A stretch of 63,858 nt of DNA, counting the filler. It is 7 parts of 7 records of this genome, joined end to end, with 100 filler letters (N's around TTAATTAATTAA, not from the genome) between each part and the next. Parts side by side here need not be neighbours in the genome. Positions count along the whole stretch, not along the records: positions 13,899 to 24,524 come from SRR31147125_16667; positions 24,625 to 31,079 come from SRR31147125_16695; positions 31,180 to 38,889 come from SRR31147125_16715; 4 more parts are not named here. One strand, 5' to 3'. The translations under genes and the position numbers were made by a program. Below the pieces are notes generated by a model. That model saw only the letters and a list, made by a program, of their open reading frames with translations. It ran no database searches and was not told the DNA's origin. Shown here one piece after another: positions 22,977-33,735 of this stretch. The stretch's first letter is position 1. Each line of letters opens with the position of its first letter.

Positions 22977-24524
22977 ATGCAAAATACAAATCAATATGAC
23001 TGGGTCCCATTTTATAAAGAACTAGCTAAAAAGCTGCTTGAATTTGAAAATAATCGATCTACACTCATTGAGATAATAAAAAGGATCTATGAAGATGCGA
23101 GAATAAATCTACCAACGCTTGAGCGTGAAAATAATATCATAGATATCGATCCTTTTACGGTTTTTGGCCTTTTCAATAAAAGCTCGATGACTGAAGACAA
23201 CCGCATAAAGATTATATCTGAATTTGCGAAACACTTTGATATTGATGCTGAAATCCCCAAATCATTTGATAGTATTCCAGTTTTAAACAACCAAAATGCT
23301 ACTTTTTATTACTTTATCGGGGATAGAGCAGATGATGATATTGATGAGCTCTGGTTCTTTTTCAAAGCAGCATTTGAGTATGCACAGGATACAAGTGCCG
23401 AAAATAGAAACAAAGTTTCTAACTATTTTGATTTAGTACTCAATAAAAAAGGGAATGGAAACAGCAAAATCACCATGGGTTTATATTGGCTTGCCCCGGA
23501 AATCTATCTGAATCTAGATAGAAGAAATAGGTGGTATATTTATGACTCTGGTAAGATTTCAAAAGATATTGTTAAAACATTCCCTAAAATAGCAAAATTA
23601 AAAGTTTCTGCAACCACCTATTTTGATTTGATTGAAAAGATCAGAGAATATTTATCCAGTAGTCAAAGCAAGTTAACCAGTTTTAAGGAATTATCATATG
23701 AAGCCTGGAAGTATTCAGAAGAGGTAAATATACAAACAAAAGCAGAAGTAGAACGCGAATCCAAAGGCGCAACTATGGCAGATGCAGGTGTAGAATCTAA
23801 GCATTTCTGGCTTTATGCACCGGGACAGAATGCATATAAATGGGATGAACTTTTTGAAGAAGGGGTTATGGCCATTGGGTGGGATATAGGAGACCTCAGC
23901 AGTTTTTCCAATAAAGAAGAAATGAAACAACGTATGAAAGAAACTATAGATCCTACAAAATCATTTATGCATGCAGGTCATGCAACTTGGCAGTTTGCAA
24001 ATGAAATGAAACCAGGAGATGTGGTCTTCGTGAAGAAAGGGAGATCCCAACTTATTGGTCGCGGTGTAATTAATTCTAACTATTTTTATGATGCAGCTTA
24101 TAACGATGAATATAAACACAAAAGAAAAGTGACTTGGACTCATAACGGAATATGGTCTCATCCTGGATTATCAGCAATGAAAACACTTACTGACATTACT
24201 CAATACACAGATTATGTTGAAAGGCTAAAAACACTATTTGAAAATGAGGGTGTGGAAGATGGTGAGGAGGAAGCCATAGATTATCCAATCTACACTGAAG
24301 AAGATTTCCTTACAGAAGCATATATAGATGAGAATGATTATGATATTTTAGTATCCCTCATAGCGAAAAAAAGAATGTTATCCTTCAAGGTCCTCCGGGT
24401 GTCGGAAAAACCTGGATGGCTAAACGGCTTGCTTACTCTATTATGGGGTTGAAAGATTTAAACCGGGTAATGCTTATCCAATTTCATCAAAGCTACTCGT
24501 ACGAAGATTTTATAATGGGATTTC
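22977..24524 (+). CDS. mcrB: McrB-family AAA+ GTPase (type IV restriction); indel near 24370; 3'-truncated
   Basis: After the A-run indel: NVILQGPPGVGKT and QFHQSYSYEDFIMGF; EVE-like N-terminal region (FANEMKPGDVVFVKKG). Confidence 0.85.
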
Positions 24525-24624
24525 NNNNNNNNNNNNNNNNNNNNNNNNNNNNNNNNNNNNNNNNNNNNTTAATTAATTAANNNNNNNNNNNNNNNNNNNN
24601 NNNNNNNNNNNNNNNNNNNNNNNN
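24525..24624. other. Artificial contig spacer
   Basis: N44-TTAATTAATTAA-N44. Confidence 0.98.
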
Positions 24625-24673
24625 ATCACAGTAATGTGATGCAGGTCTTGAAAGGACTTTAAACAGGATACCA

Positions 24674-24704
24674 TATAATTAGTGTTCAATCAATTGATTG
24701 AACA
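24674..24704 (+). promoter_or_regulatory. -10 box followed by a perfect 22-bp palindromic operator
   Basis: TATAAT at 24674-24679; TGTTCAATCAATTGATTGAACA at 24683-24704. Confidence 0.6.
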
Positions 24705-24740
24705 TGAAAACCGTAAAAAAATTAAAGGAGATTGTTTAAA

Positions 24741-25133
24741 ATGAATAAAAAGATATTTGTAAGCGCGCTTTTAGTGTTGGTTTTAGTAATGTCATTTAGT
24801 GTCACTGCTTTTGCTAATCCTGAAGAATATGAGGTTGCGATTGCCGCATATGACGATCAGATTGAATATGGGAACAAGATACATTATTCTTTCGGAATGT
24901 CCACATTTGTAGATAATAACCATTACACACGAAGTGCTTATAGTTCATATGGAGTAGATCAAGCAGCTAACTACGCGTCATGCACAAATCTAATGGATAT
25001 CTATTCAGCAGGTGGCGATGATGAATCAACAATTTTTACAAGCAATAGAGGTAATGGACATAGATATCGTTATTGTGGTAGAAACTATGATAATACTACG
25101 TTAGGCGTACAAGGCAAGTATAAAGTATATTAG
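24741..25133 (+). CDS. Small secreted protein
   Basis: Signal peptide ending TAFA; SD AAGGAG; Tyr/Gly/Asn-rich mature part with 2 Cys; hairpin follows at about 25145-25169. Confidence 0.75.
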   Translation: MNKKIFVSALLVLVLVMSFSVTAFANPEEYEVAIAAYDDQIEYGNKIHYSFGMSTFVDNNHYTRSAYSSYGVDQAANYASCTNLMDIYSAGGDDESTIFTSNRGNGHRYRYCGRNYDNTTLGVQGKYKVY

Positions 25134-25255
25134 TTACAAAGTTCTGATGCAGGTTTATCCTGCATTAGGCTTATAAATAATGAAATAAATGACGTGGATT
25201 ATATATAATAATATTTATACTATAAAAACAAAATAAAGAAAGGAATATACTTCAT

Positions 25256-26622
25256 TTGAAAAAACAAATTATAATCATAACCATTATCACATGCTTAATG
25301 TTATCTTTATCATGTAAACCTACTCCAGAATCCAATATAGTAGTAAGTAAAAACAGTCAAAAAAAGACGATGCGTTACAAGTGGAAAAGTTCCCATCAAA
25401 ATGGAATTCAAGTCATGAGAAATACAATAATAGACTAATCATAGATATTGATGCAAACGTCATTTCTGACAACAGCAATCCAATGTCAATAATGGAGATT
25501 GAGCCATATTACATTCCAATTAGTCAAGTAAACAATATTATACAATACTTCTTTGGTGATTCTGACGTGTATATTAATCCTACACAACCAAACAAAGATT
25601 ACTTAGAAAGTACTATATTAGACATTGAAAGGGATTTAGCTAAGGCAAGATCTGATAAAGATTTTGATAGTTGTGAAGAATTAGAGGGTGTTTTAGAATC
25701 TGTTAAAAACGAGTATAAAAATGCACCAACAAAAATAGACTTAATAAAATATGAAAATGAGTTTTTAGTTGAAGAAAATGGCGCTTTTAACCGACATCAC
25801 ATTGCAGTTATTGATTATACTGATGATAGACCAACTCCAATGGTAGAAGTATATAATATCTTACCATCAAAGTTGAATAATGGGTTTCATAGCTTTGCGG
25901 CATATAAGAATGGATTAAAAGAAAAATATGCTTATTTTGACAAAAGCCTGTTAACGCAAAACTGGAGCGAAAATTATTTATTCCAAACAAGCAAAGCTAA
26001 AAAAGCAATAGAAGTTTCATACAATTTCCTAAACGAGGTAGGAATTGATGACAGATCAATCGTAAGAATTGGACCTTTTATATCTTCTGAAAATAAAAAT
26101 GAAATTGATATATTTAAGTTTTATTACGAGAAAGAAATTAATGGTTCTGTTTTGCCACTTTATATCCAATTTGGTGGTCAAACAAACGAAGCCTATTCAG
26201 ATCCATACAATTCTGAAAAACTTACTGTTACGGTAAAGGATGACAAAGTGGTCGCTTTTGAATGGACGAATGCTTATGAAATAAAGAGCATACTATATGA
26301 AAATGTTGAGTTATTGGATTTTGAGACACTTATGGCAAATATAGAAAACCAACTATCAGCAAAGTATTCTTATTTGAGTGAGGGGACAAACCAATTTCAT
26401 ATATTTATTGATAAAATAATATTATCATATGCTGTTGAACCAATTAAAGATGAGCCAAATAAATATATGCTAGTGCCTGCTTGGGGATTTTACGGAGGAG
26501 AGGACTTTGGAGATGAAGTTATTACTTTATATGACGGAAATGAAATTTCTGGCAAAGTAAGAAAACCATATAGTTTGCTAACAATTAATGCATTAGATGG
26601 CTCGGTAATATTTGGACAGTAA
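25256..26622 (+). CDS. DUF6034-like lipoprotein, paralogue 1 (indel at the A7 run near 25360)
   Basis: Lipobox LSCKPTPESNIVVSK; C-terminal LVPAWGFYG and TINALDGS. Confidence 0.7.
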
Positions 26623-26684
26623 CAATAGTTTGTTGAGCCTATGTTATGTAATCTAAAGTTATATAATAACGAAAGTAGGTATTT

Positions 26685-28049
26685 ATGAAAAAAATAATAT
26701 TCTTTTATATAATTGTGTTTTCAATTATTTTTAGCTCATGCTATCCTCAATCTAAGGACATCAATCAAGAAAAAGATATCCAAATAAGTGATGAAAAAGA
26801 AATTGAACATGAAAAAAACACAGAAGAAACACTTGATAAAATAAGTCTAAATGAATTGAAGCAAAGTGTATTTAATATGAATAATAATCTTGTCTTAAAT
26901 ATAAATGATGATGCTTTGAAAATTATTGTTGATGGAAATATTATTATTCCAGAAGTGATTGAATTGCCAGTATATAAAACTGAACCGGTCAGATTTACAT
27001 ATGAAAGCTTAAAAACCTTAACGACTTATTTATGTGGTGATAATCCAGTTTATTATGTTGCATCAGGACAAGAAACTTCTTTTTCGAAGAAGGAGTTAAA
27101 AAATATTATTGATACATTAACAAATATTGAGCAAGCATCTGAAATATCCAATAAGAACAGAGAAATGCTAGTTGAGGAAATTAGTTTGATGAAAGCATTC
27201 TATAAACAATCAGATTTAATCGAAGAAGAATTATATTCATCTAAATCACTTTCTCAACCATTAGAAGAAATCTACCTAAAATCGTATCTGGGTAATGAAA
27301 TTGCAGCGAAACTCCGTGTTAATAGTAGTACGCATGACTATTACTCAGTGTCATTCGCAAATAGAGGATATGAGGTTGCTCAGAAATACTATTCTGATAT
27401 AACTTTAAACCAACCTCAAAGCGATGATTTTAATAATCGAAAGGATATTGCATTGGAGTTAATAAACACTCTCAATAGCAGTGATAATAATTTTAAAATA
27501 TGTGAAGTTGGACTTGCCTACTATGATTATTATTACTACAGATTTGAAGAAAATGAAATCAATTTAGAATATGTATTTGTTTTGTGTAGAGAAATAGACA
27601 ATCATTTACTTAGTAGAAATAACCAATTGTTTCGTGGAAATAAAATTGTACCAGAAACAATAACAGTATGCGTTGGTGAAAATGGTGTTAATGCATTCAA
27701 TTGGATGCATTTTATGGACTACGAAAGACAAAAAAATGACTCGAATGATTATGTTGACTTTAATGTTATAGCGAATACTTTTTCTGAAAACTGTGTAGAT
27801 ATAATTGAACAGAGCCTTGCTGAAATACGTCTTAATAGTAACAATTTAACTTTCAATGTTAATAATATTCGCTTAGAATACACGCTAATTAACGTGAGGG
27901 GAGAAAATTTATTTATCCCTTCGTGGAATTTTTACGCGGATATTATTTCGGATGATGAATCGGATATTAGTGATTCTGACACAAGTAGTTGGATGAATAA
28001 TATCTCAATAATGTCAATTAGTGCTTTAGATGGTACAGTTTTATACTAA
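26685..28049 (+). CDS. DUF6034-like lipoprotein, paralogue 2
   Basis: Lipobox FSSC; FIPSWNFY; SISALDGT. Confidence 0.7.
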   Translation: MKKIIFFYIIVFSIIFSSCYPQSKDINQEKDIQISDEKEIEHEKNTEETLDKISLNELKQSVFNMNNNLVLNINDDALKIIVDGNIIIPEVIELPVYKTEPVRFTYESLKTLTTYLCGDNPVYYVASGQETSFSKKELKNIIDTLTNIEQASEISNKNREMLVEEISLMKAFYKQSDLIEEELYSSKSLSQPLEEIYLKSYLGNEIAAKLRVNSSTHDYYSVSFANRGYEVAQKYYSDITLNQPQSDDFNNRKDIALELINTLNSSDNNFKICEVGLAYYDYYYYRFEENEINLEYVFVLCREIDNHLLSRNNQLFRGNKIVPETITVCVGENGVNAFNWMHFMDYERQKNDSNDYVDFNVIANTFSENCVDIIEQSLAEIRLNSNNLTFNVNNIRLEYTLINVRGENLFIPSWNFYADIISDDESDISDSDTSSWMNNISIMSISALDGTVLY

Positions 28050-28085
28050 TAGTAATTAAAAATATAATTCTTATTTTTACTGTGT

Positions 28086-28397
28086 TTGAGGGCAACAAAA
28101 TTTGAATTTATTATAGGTTCATCAGGATTTGAAAAGAAAGAAGTTAAGGATTATTCCCTAGGTATGAGACAAAAATTAGGAATCGCACTAGCGATTATGG
28201 AGTCCCCAGACTTACTAATACTAGATGAACCTTTTAACGGGCTAGATACTTATTCTATTGGTAGCATAAGAGAAATACTAAAAAGTCTTAAGTATGAAGG
28301 TGCTACAATAATTATCGCTACTCATATTAAAGAAGATATAGATATTCTTTGCGACGAAACATATTTAGTGAAAGATTGTAATGTTACTCAATTATAA
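28086..28397 (+). pseudogene. C-terminal fragment of an ABC transporter ATP-binding protein
   Basis: Signature YSLGMRQKLG, Walker B LLILDEPFNGLD and H-loop are present; no Walker A and no room for it upstream. Confidence 0.75.
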
Positions 28398-28421
28398 ATA
28401 ACAATTAAGGAGAAATATAAA

Positions 28422-29897
28422 ATGACTGAAGTTAAAAGAAATTGTAAGTTGCTGTTAGTTTGTCTACTAGTATTATTCTGGATTATGACGCTGACAGCAT
28501 GTCAACCAACCCCAGAAAGTATAGTCGTACAGAATAAAGCAGATGATGATCTTCAAGAAGCAATTTTATCTACGCCGAGCCCCAATGATGAACATATAAA
28601 TGAAAGTTCGTTACAACAAAAGATAGATTACATAGATATATCTGAAACATTTACAAATGGGAAAGGTGATATTTGTATAAATGCAGATTTTACGCTTGAA
28701 CAAAAAAACTATTCAAAAATACCGATTAGCAAAGCTGAACACTATAATTTAGATGAAGAGCAAGCTCAAGATATTGCATATGCTTTTTTTGGTAATGCAA
28801 CATACTATGATCCAAACGTAAGAACAAAATCTGAAATAGAAGAAGCAATTATTAAGGTTAAAAAAAATGCTACAGATATGAATTCTGATATGGCAGATGC
28901 ATCTGGTGCTAGAACACTTGAAGAATTACAAGAAATAGCAAATAAAAGGTTAGAAAAATTATTTGAGTTGCGAGAAACAGCTCCTGATGAAAAGCCCGAG
29001 TTTGTTAACTTTGATATTACCTCTGAGGGTGAATTTTCATCAGATATAGAAATTGGAAAAGGGCATAAAGGTTCAATTTATTACAGGAGTGATTCTCACG
29101 CTTCACATACGCAATTATATTGTACTGATAACGATATAAAGTATGGAACATTAAGAATGAGTAATCCGCATACTACAACTAAAGTAGATATTGAAGATAA
29201 AGACATGACCTTTTTATTAGCGAAAGAATCAGCATTAGAGTTAATTGATGCTATGAATATTAATAGTATAGCACTTAATGATGCCTATTTATCATTAGAC
29301 TTTGCTGGTTATGAAGAAAACCTAAGTGATAGAAAATATTATATATTCTGCTTTGGCAGAAAAATTGATGAAATTGTCGTTGATTATACTTTTCATACTT
29401 GTGGGAGACCTGAAAGTATGTATGATGCTCCTAAAATATACGAGAAAATTGAAGTATGGGTGGATAGTGAAACTGCAAAGGTTACACAATTCTTATGGCT
29501 ATCTCCAATGAGAATAAAAGAAGTAATCAATGATAATGTAACTATTCAAGTTGATATAAATGAGGCTTTAACCTATATGTCAAAACACTTATTTGCACAA
29601 TATGCAGACTTGTGGGATGGTGATGCTGATGAAATGAAAATAGATATTACAGATGCAGAACTAGCTTTTACAAGAATCAAAGAACGTAACTCGAGTGACT
29701 ATCTAATTGTTCCAGCATGGAAATTTTATGGAGAAGTAAAGATGAAAGTGCGAGAGGATTATCAAGATTTAAAATATATGAATGTTGATGAAAGTGGTTA
29801 TGCATCACAATTTGAAAATCAACTCTGTGATTATAAGAACATTGTTACAGTAAATGCTTTAGATGGTAGCATTATTAATATGGAATCAGGGTATTAG
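28422..29897 (+). CDS. DUF6034-like lipoprotein, paralogue 3
   Basis: Lipobox LTACQPTPESIVVQNK; IVPAWKFYG; TVNALDGS; SD AAGGAG. Confidence 0.75.
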   Translation: MTEVKRNCKLLLVCLLVLFWIMTLTACQPTPESIVVQNKADDDLQEAILSTPSPNDEHINESSLQQKIDYIDISETFTNGKGDICINADFTLEQKNYSKIPISKAEHYNLDEEQAQDIAYAFFGNATYYDPNVRTKSEIEEAIIKVKKNATDMNSDMADASGARTLEELQEIANKRLEKLFELRETAPDEKPEFVNFDITSEGEFSSDIEIGKGHKGSIYYRSDSHASHTQLYCTDNDIKYGTLRMSNPHTTTKVDIEDKDMTFLLAKESALELIDAMNINSIALNDAYLSLDFAGYEENLSDRKYYIFCFGRKIDEIVVDYTFHTCGRPESMYDAPKIYEKIEVWVDSETAKVTQFLWLSPMRIKEVINDNVTIQVDINEALTYMSKHLFAQYADLWDGDADEMKIDITDAELAFTRIKERNSSDYLIVPAWKFYGEVKMKVREDYQDLKYMNVDESGYASQFENQLCDYKNIVTVNALDGSIINMESGY

Positions 29898-29976
29898 AAG
29901 GGTTATAAGATACGCAGTCTTAAATAGCTTAAAAAGCAATAGAAATATTTTTATAATGATACGGAGGTTAGACATA

Positions 29977-30927
29977 GTGAAGAGAATAGTAAATTTATTT
30001 TTGGTTTTTTTAGCAATCATATTGGTTGTTGGATGTAAAACAGATGTTGAAGAAATTGAGACAGCAAACATTGTTGAAAGTACCCCAACAGCTACGGCAG
30101 AAATCGAAAATAATAAGGAAGATGAAAACGACAGTGTGATGAGTCAACCTGTTATACATATTGAACCGAGGGAAGAGCAAGAAGAAAAGCAGGAAAACAA
30201 ACAGTATGAAGGAACAATAATAGGTAAAACAATAGGTGAAACAAGGCTTGTTAAAGAGAAAGTTCTGTATATTCCTAGTGCTGAATTCGATACTATTAGA
30301 AACCTAAAAGAAGGTGAGGAGGTTGAGCTAATTGAAGCTGGGTGTGAGTGGCATAAGGTTAAAGCTGGTGATGATGAAGGTTATGTTTTAGCACGTGACA
30401 TCAGTGGAATTAAACTTGCGGATTCCCCTTATTACATTTATATCGAAAAAGGTTCGCATACGATTAACGTATATGAAAAAGACGGCAGTGATGAATATAC
30501 TAAACTCGTAAAAACATTTGTTACAGCAACGGGTGCTACAGCAGGAAAAACACCGACTGGGGTTTTCTATATATATAGGAAAAGAGAGTGGAAGCAATTT
30601 GATAGTGATGGGGAGAAAAGAGAGTATTCGTATTCTCCTTATGTTTCACAGTTTACGAAGGGTATATATATTCACGGGTCTGTTTATGCAGAACAAGATT
30701 TTGATAAAATGTTTGGAAACACATACAGAGAGATTGGAACAGATGCTACTGCTGGGTGCTTAAGAACAAATGCTGGTTCTGCTTATTGGATATATGCTAA
30801 CTGTCCGCTTGGAACAAAGGTGGAAATTGTGAATGGAAGCCCGAGGGGTATAGAAACGCCTAAACTGCAAGCTCCAGTTAAAAAAGCAGGAAGTTACTAT
30901 GATCCTACAACACCTAATTTGGAATAA
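29977..30927 (+). CDS. L,D-transpeptidase (YkuD) lipoprotein with SH3-like domain
   Basis: Lipobox VVGC; WHKVK..EGYV (SH3-like); TPTGVF; IYIHGS..TAGCLR catalytic motif; GTG start after GGAGG. Confidence 0.88.
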   Translation: MKRIVNLFLVFLAIILVVGCKTDVEEIETANIVESTPTATAEIENNKEDENDSVMSQPVIHIEPREEQEEKQENKQYEGTIIGKTIGETRLVKEKVLYIPSAEFDTIRNLKEGEEVELIEAGCEWHKVKAGDDEGYVLARDISGIKLADSPYYIYIEKGSHTINVYEKDGSDEYTKLVKTFVTATGATAGKTPTGVFYIYRKREWKQFDSDGEKREYSYSPYVSQFTKGIYIHGSVYAEQDFDKMFGNTYREIGTDATAGCLRTNAGSAYWIYANCPLGTKVEIVNGSPRGIETPKLQAPVKKAGSYYDPTTPNLE

Positions 30928-31079
30928 TACGTTATAGTATAAAATTATAGAAAAAAGATGAATACAAGATAAGGTTATCAAAAGCTAAAAATTGCTATTT
31001 TGGATATAGATTTGTGTATAGTAGGAAGTTTGAAGAAATGAATTTAGGATATTTTCCTGCGAAAAATGCTACACGAATG

Positions 31080-31179
31080 NNNNNNNNNNNNNNNNNNNNN
31101 NNNNNNNNNNNNNNNNNNNNNNNTTAATTAATTAANNNNNNNNNNNNNNNNNNNNNNNNNNNNNNNNNNNNNNNNNNNN
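31080..31179. other. Artificial contig spacer
   Basis: N44-TTAATTAATTAA-N44. Confidence 0.98.
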
Positions 31180-31208
31180 CGTGGGTTCGAATCCCACCCT
31201 CTCCGCCA
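31180..31208 (+). tRNA. 3' end of tRNA-Ser (T-arm, acceptor strand, CCA); probable att site
   Basis: GTGGGTTCGAATCCCAC T-arm; CCTCTCC-G-CCA with discriminator G; the 5' part lies beyond the contig edge. Confidence 0.8.
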
Positions 31209-31298
31209 ATAATAACGGGTAGTTAGCTTGGATGCTGCTGCCCTTTTTTTGTCCGTAAAATTTTCTTGAGGTAGCTTTGAAGGTATCTATTTACGTTT

Positions 31299-31901
31299 CT
31301 AAGTCGAGATATCCACTTCTTCACTAATGGTTAGTGCTATTGTTTTGATGGTGTGCATAATTTCAAGGTTAACTACGGCTGTGTTGTCTCTTAACTCGAT
31401 AAGATTTAAGGTAATCAGAGTCTCAATGTAGGTCTCAATGCTAGGGAATCTTTTTGGCCATTCGATTCCGTTTTTCTTTTTAGCGGTAGTACTAAATGCG
31501 CGTGGCAATGGTCTATATTCTCTGCCACTAAAATAAACATCTACATCGTCAATATATGGTTCTATGATGTGTTTTAAGCTTTTTCTATACTCACAAATAA
31601 GACTGTTATATTCCGCCCAAGCACGGTCCTCATTTAGCCTTTGAGTTATTTCTTCTTTATTTTTTAATATGTTAAAAAAGTCAATAAACTCTTTTTCTTC
31701 TAGTTTTTCATATATTTCTATACATAGTTCAGTATTTTTGTTTTTTTCTTTTTCACCAAATAAATGTTTTATTGTTTTAGTTTTTCTTTTTTTTGTTCTT
31801 ATTTTATTGATTTTGTCCAAAAAATCTCCTGTTATTGCTATGGAAAAAAAGAGTAATATTAATATGAAAACATAAAAAATAAATCTAGCTAAATTTAGCA
31901 A
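31299..31901 (-). CDS. Prophage cargo: hypothetical protein with N-terminal TM helix
   Basis: 200-aa AT-rich ORF with a hydrophobic N-terminus. Confidence 0.55.
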   Translation of the reverse strand: MLNLARFIFYVFILILLFFSIAITGDFLDKINKIRTKKRKTKTIKHLFGEKEKNKNTELCIEIYEKLEEKEFIDFFNILKNKEEITQRLNEDRAWAEYNSLICEYRKSLKHIIEPYIDDVDVYFSGREYRPLPRAFSTTAKKKNGIEWPKRFPSIETYIETLITLNLIELRDNTAVVNLEIMHTIKTIALTISEEVDIST

Positions 31902-32505
31902 AAACCCCCTTCAAAAAAATTTCTTAAAAATCTTGGGGACTGCATTTCTTCCCATGTATTTACAGGAGAGACTTTATCTATTCCGGCTATTTTCCCATAA
32001 AACTCAATATTAGGCTTTTCTTCTCTGTTGTGTAGAATTAATATTTCAAAGGAAAAACTTTCCTTTTTCAAAAATGACTTTTTCAAACTCTATCTTGTTT
32101 TCACTTTTCTTTTTTGGTAATAATTTTTCTTTTAAATATTTAGATATAGTAGTTATTTCGTTTGATATTTTTATTATTCTTCCATTGTTGACTACAATTC
32201 CCCAGTTCATGCTTTTTATCGAAACTGTTTTGTAGTATATCTTTATCTCCAATATTTTTAATTCTTACATTGATTACTTTAAGGTTAAGATTTTTATCTT
32301 TTATGTCTTCATTTTTAAATAAAATATTTAAATCTTTCACTTCCTTATATAAATCAAAGACATTTGACTCGTTTATAATCTCTAGCAAGATATTTGGTGC
32401 TGGTTTGTGAACGTAGGTGTATAGACCAGATAGTCCGAAAATAATCGTTAGGAATACACCGACGCTTCCCCAGTTAAATATTTTATATATTTTTTCAAAC
32501 TTCAT
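31895..32505 (-). CDS. Prophage cargo: membrane-anchored hypothetical protein (several indels)
   Basis: ORF fragments 32140-32505, 32046-32252 and 31895-32086 chain across A runs; N-terminal TM helix; SD GGAG. Confidence 0.45.
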
Positions 32506-32624
32506 TTTCACTCCATAGTTATATCTATTCAATAAAGACGAATTATTATTAAATAGATACACTCAATGGTTTTTGAATTAGCACAAATAAATTTTCAAGA
32601 TTATAAAATATATGTCTGTTTTCG

Positions 32625-33038
32625 TTACCGAAGAAACTTTATCTCTTTTTCAGCATTGCAAAACATGTCTTCTGCTATCTCTAACTCTATCTTTCTTTCT
32701 CTGTGCGCTGCTTTTTTTCGTTTGTCTCTATAAGTTCTGCATTTGTCTCTAAAATTTTCTTTTGCCTGTTGAATGCAGTGTCGTCTTTCTATGCTTCCTT
32801 TGTCGTAGTTTTGGCAAACCGACTCCCGGACAATTTCCTTTTTTATGACCTCAGATCCTTTTCGGGTTGTGGTTACATCGTATGAAATGCGGAGCTTTTG
32901 TTTTATTTCAGGGCATTTGTAATAGATTTTTCTTCCCTGGGAGTCGTATTTGACGCAGGTTTCGGCTTGTAGTGGTCTAGGAAATAGCAGAATGGTGAGC
33001 AGTGTCAGGCTGTAAAGTGTTGTTGTGATCGTCTTCAA
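32625..33038 (-). CDS. Prophage cargo: small basic secreted Cys-containing protein
   Basis: Signal peptide ending LQA; 6 Cys; SD GGAGGGGG before TTG. Confidence 0.65.
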   Translation of the reverse strand: MKTITTTLYSLTLLTILLFPRPLQAETCVKYDSQGRKIYYKCPEIKQKLRISYDVTTTRKGSEVIKKEIVRESVCQNYDKGSIERRHCIQQAKENFRDKCRTYRDKRKKAAHRERKIELEIAEDMFCNAEKEIKFLR

Positions 33039-33068
33039 TTTTCCCCCTCCAGATTCTTTTGTCTTTGA

Positions 33069-33380
33069 TTATTCCTCTTTTGGTTTTGAGTGTTCCAATA
33101 TTGTCAATATTGCTGATCTCACTTTTTCGTCTGCTTCTTCACATTTTCTTATCAGCTTATCGAGGTCTTGATCAGATCTGCTTAACTCTTCTTTTAGCAG
33201 CCAATTAAGATTTACGTTTTCGTTTATTCCCCATTCTACGATTAACGGCAAAATAGTTTTTCTCTTTAGTCTATTGCTTAAGTCTGCTGCTGAAATATTA
33301 AGAATTTCAGCTACTTCCTTTTTGCTTTTAACGTTTTTTGTCTTTTTAATTCGTTCGATGACCTTCTCAAAATTAATCAT
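33069..33380 (-). CDS. Phage CI-like HTH repressor
   Basis: KKEVAEILNISAADLSNRLKR HTH; VNLNWLL motif; divergent from the phage genes. Confidence 0.85.
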   Translation of the reverse strand: MINFEKVIERIKKTKNVKSKKEVAEILNISAADLSNRLKRKTILPLIVEWGINENVNLNWLLKEELSRSDQDLDKLIRKCEEADEKVRSAILTILEHSKPKEE

Positions 33381-33395
33381 TTAGTAAATTTTCCT

Positions 33396-33423
33396 TTGAC
33401 AAATTCACGTATTCGTTTATTTT
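33396..33423 (+). promoter_or_regulatory. Candidate sigma70 promoter of the phage rightward operon
   Basis: TTGACA-N16-TATTTT in the divergent gap. Confidence 0.4.
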
Positions 33424-33510
33424 TAAATCAGCTGTCCCCCAACGGATGTAAAGAAAAGCAAACAAAAGCAATAAAACAATGCAAAAGCGTATCACATTAC
33501 GGACTTTTTT

Positions 33511-33735
33511 ATGACCACAAATAAATCGATAAAGGTAGTGGAGAGTGACATTTACAACGCAAAAGAGCTCTCTTCCATCGTCTTTCGTTGTTCCTATCAC
33601 ACCTTCATGACCGAAATTAAATGCTTGGACGGTTTCCCTGTGCCTATTGGGAATCCAAATAGAAAGGGTGTTTTGCATTGGGTTAAAGACGAAGTTCTTG
33701 AATGGCGTAACGAAAATTATAGGAGACCACATTGA
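33511..33735 (+). CDS. AlpA/excisionase-like winged-HTH protein
   Basis: 74 aa; GFPVPI...WVKDEVLEW pattern; first gene divergent from the repressor. Confidence 0.7.
   Translation: MTTNKSIKVVESDIYNAKELSSIVFRCSYHTFMTEIKCLDGFPVPIGNPNRKGVLHWVKDEVLEWRNENYRRPH

Noticed and set aside
24524-31209. Functional link between the defence island, the DUF6034 locus and the prophage
   Set aside because: They lie on separate contigs joined by artificial spacers
33452-33490. AAAGCAA-like short repeats upstream of the AlpA-like gene as operators or iterons
   Set aside because: Low-complexity A-rich sequence with irregular spacing
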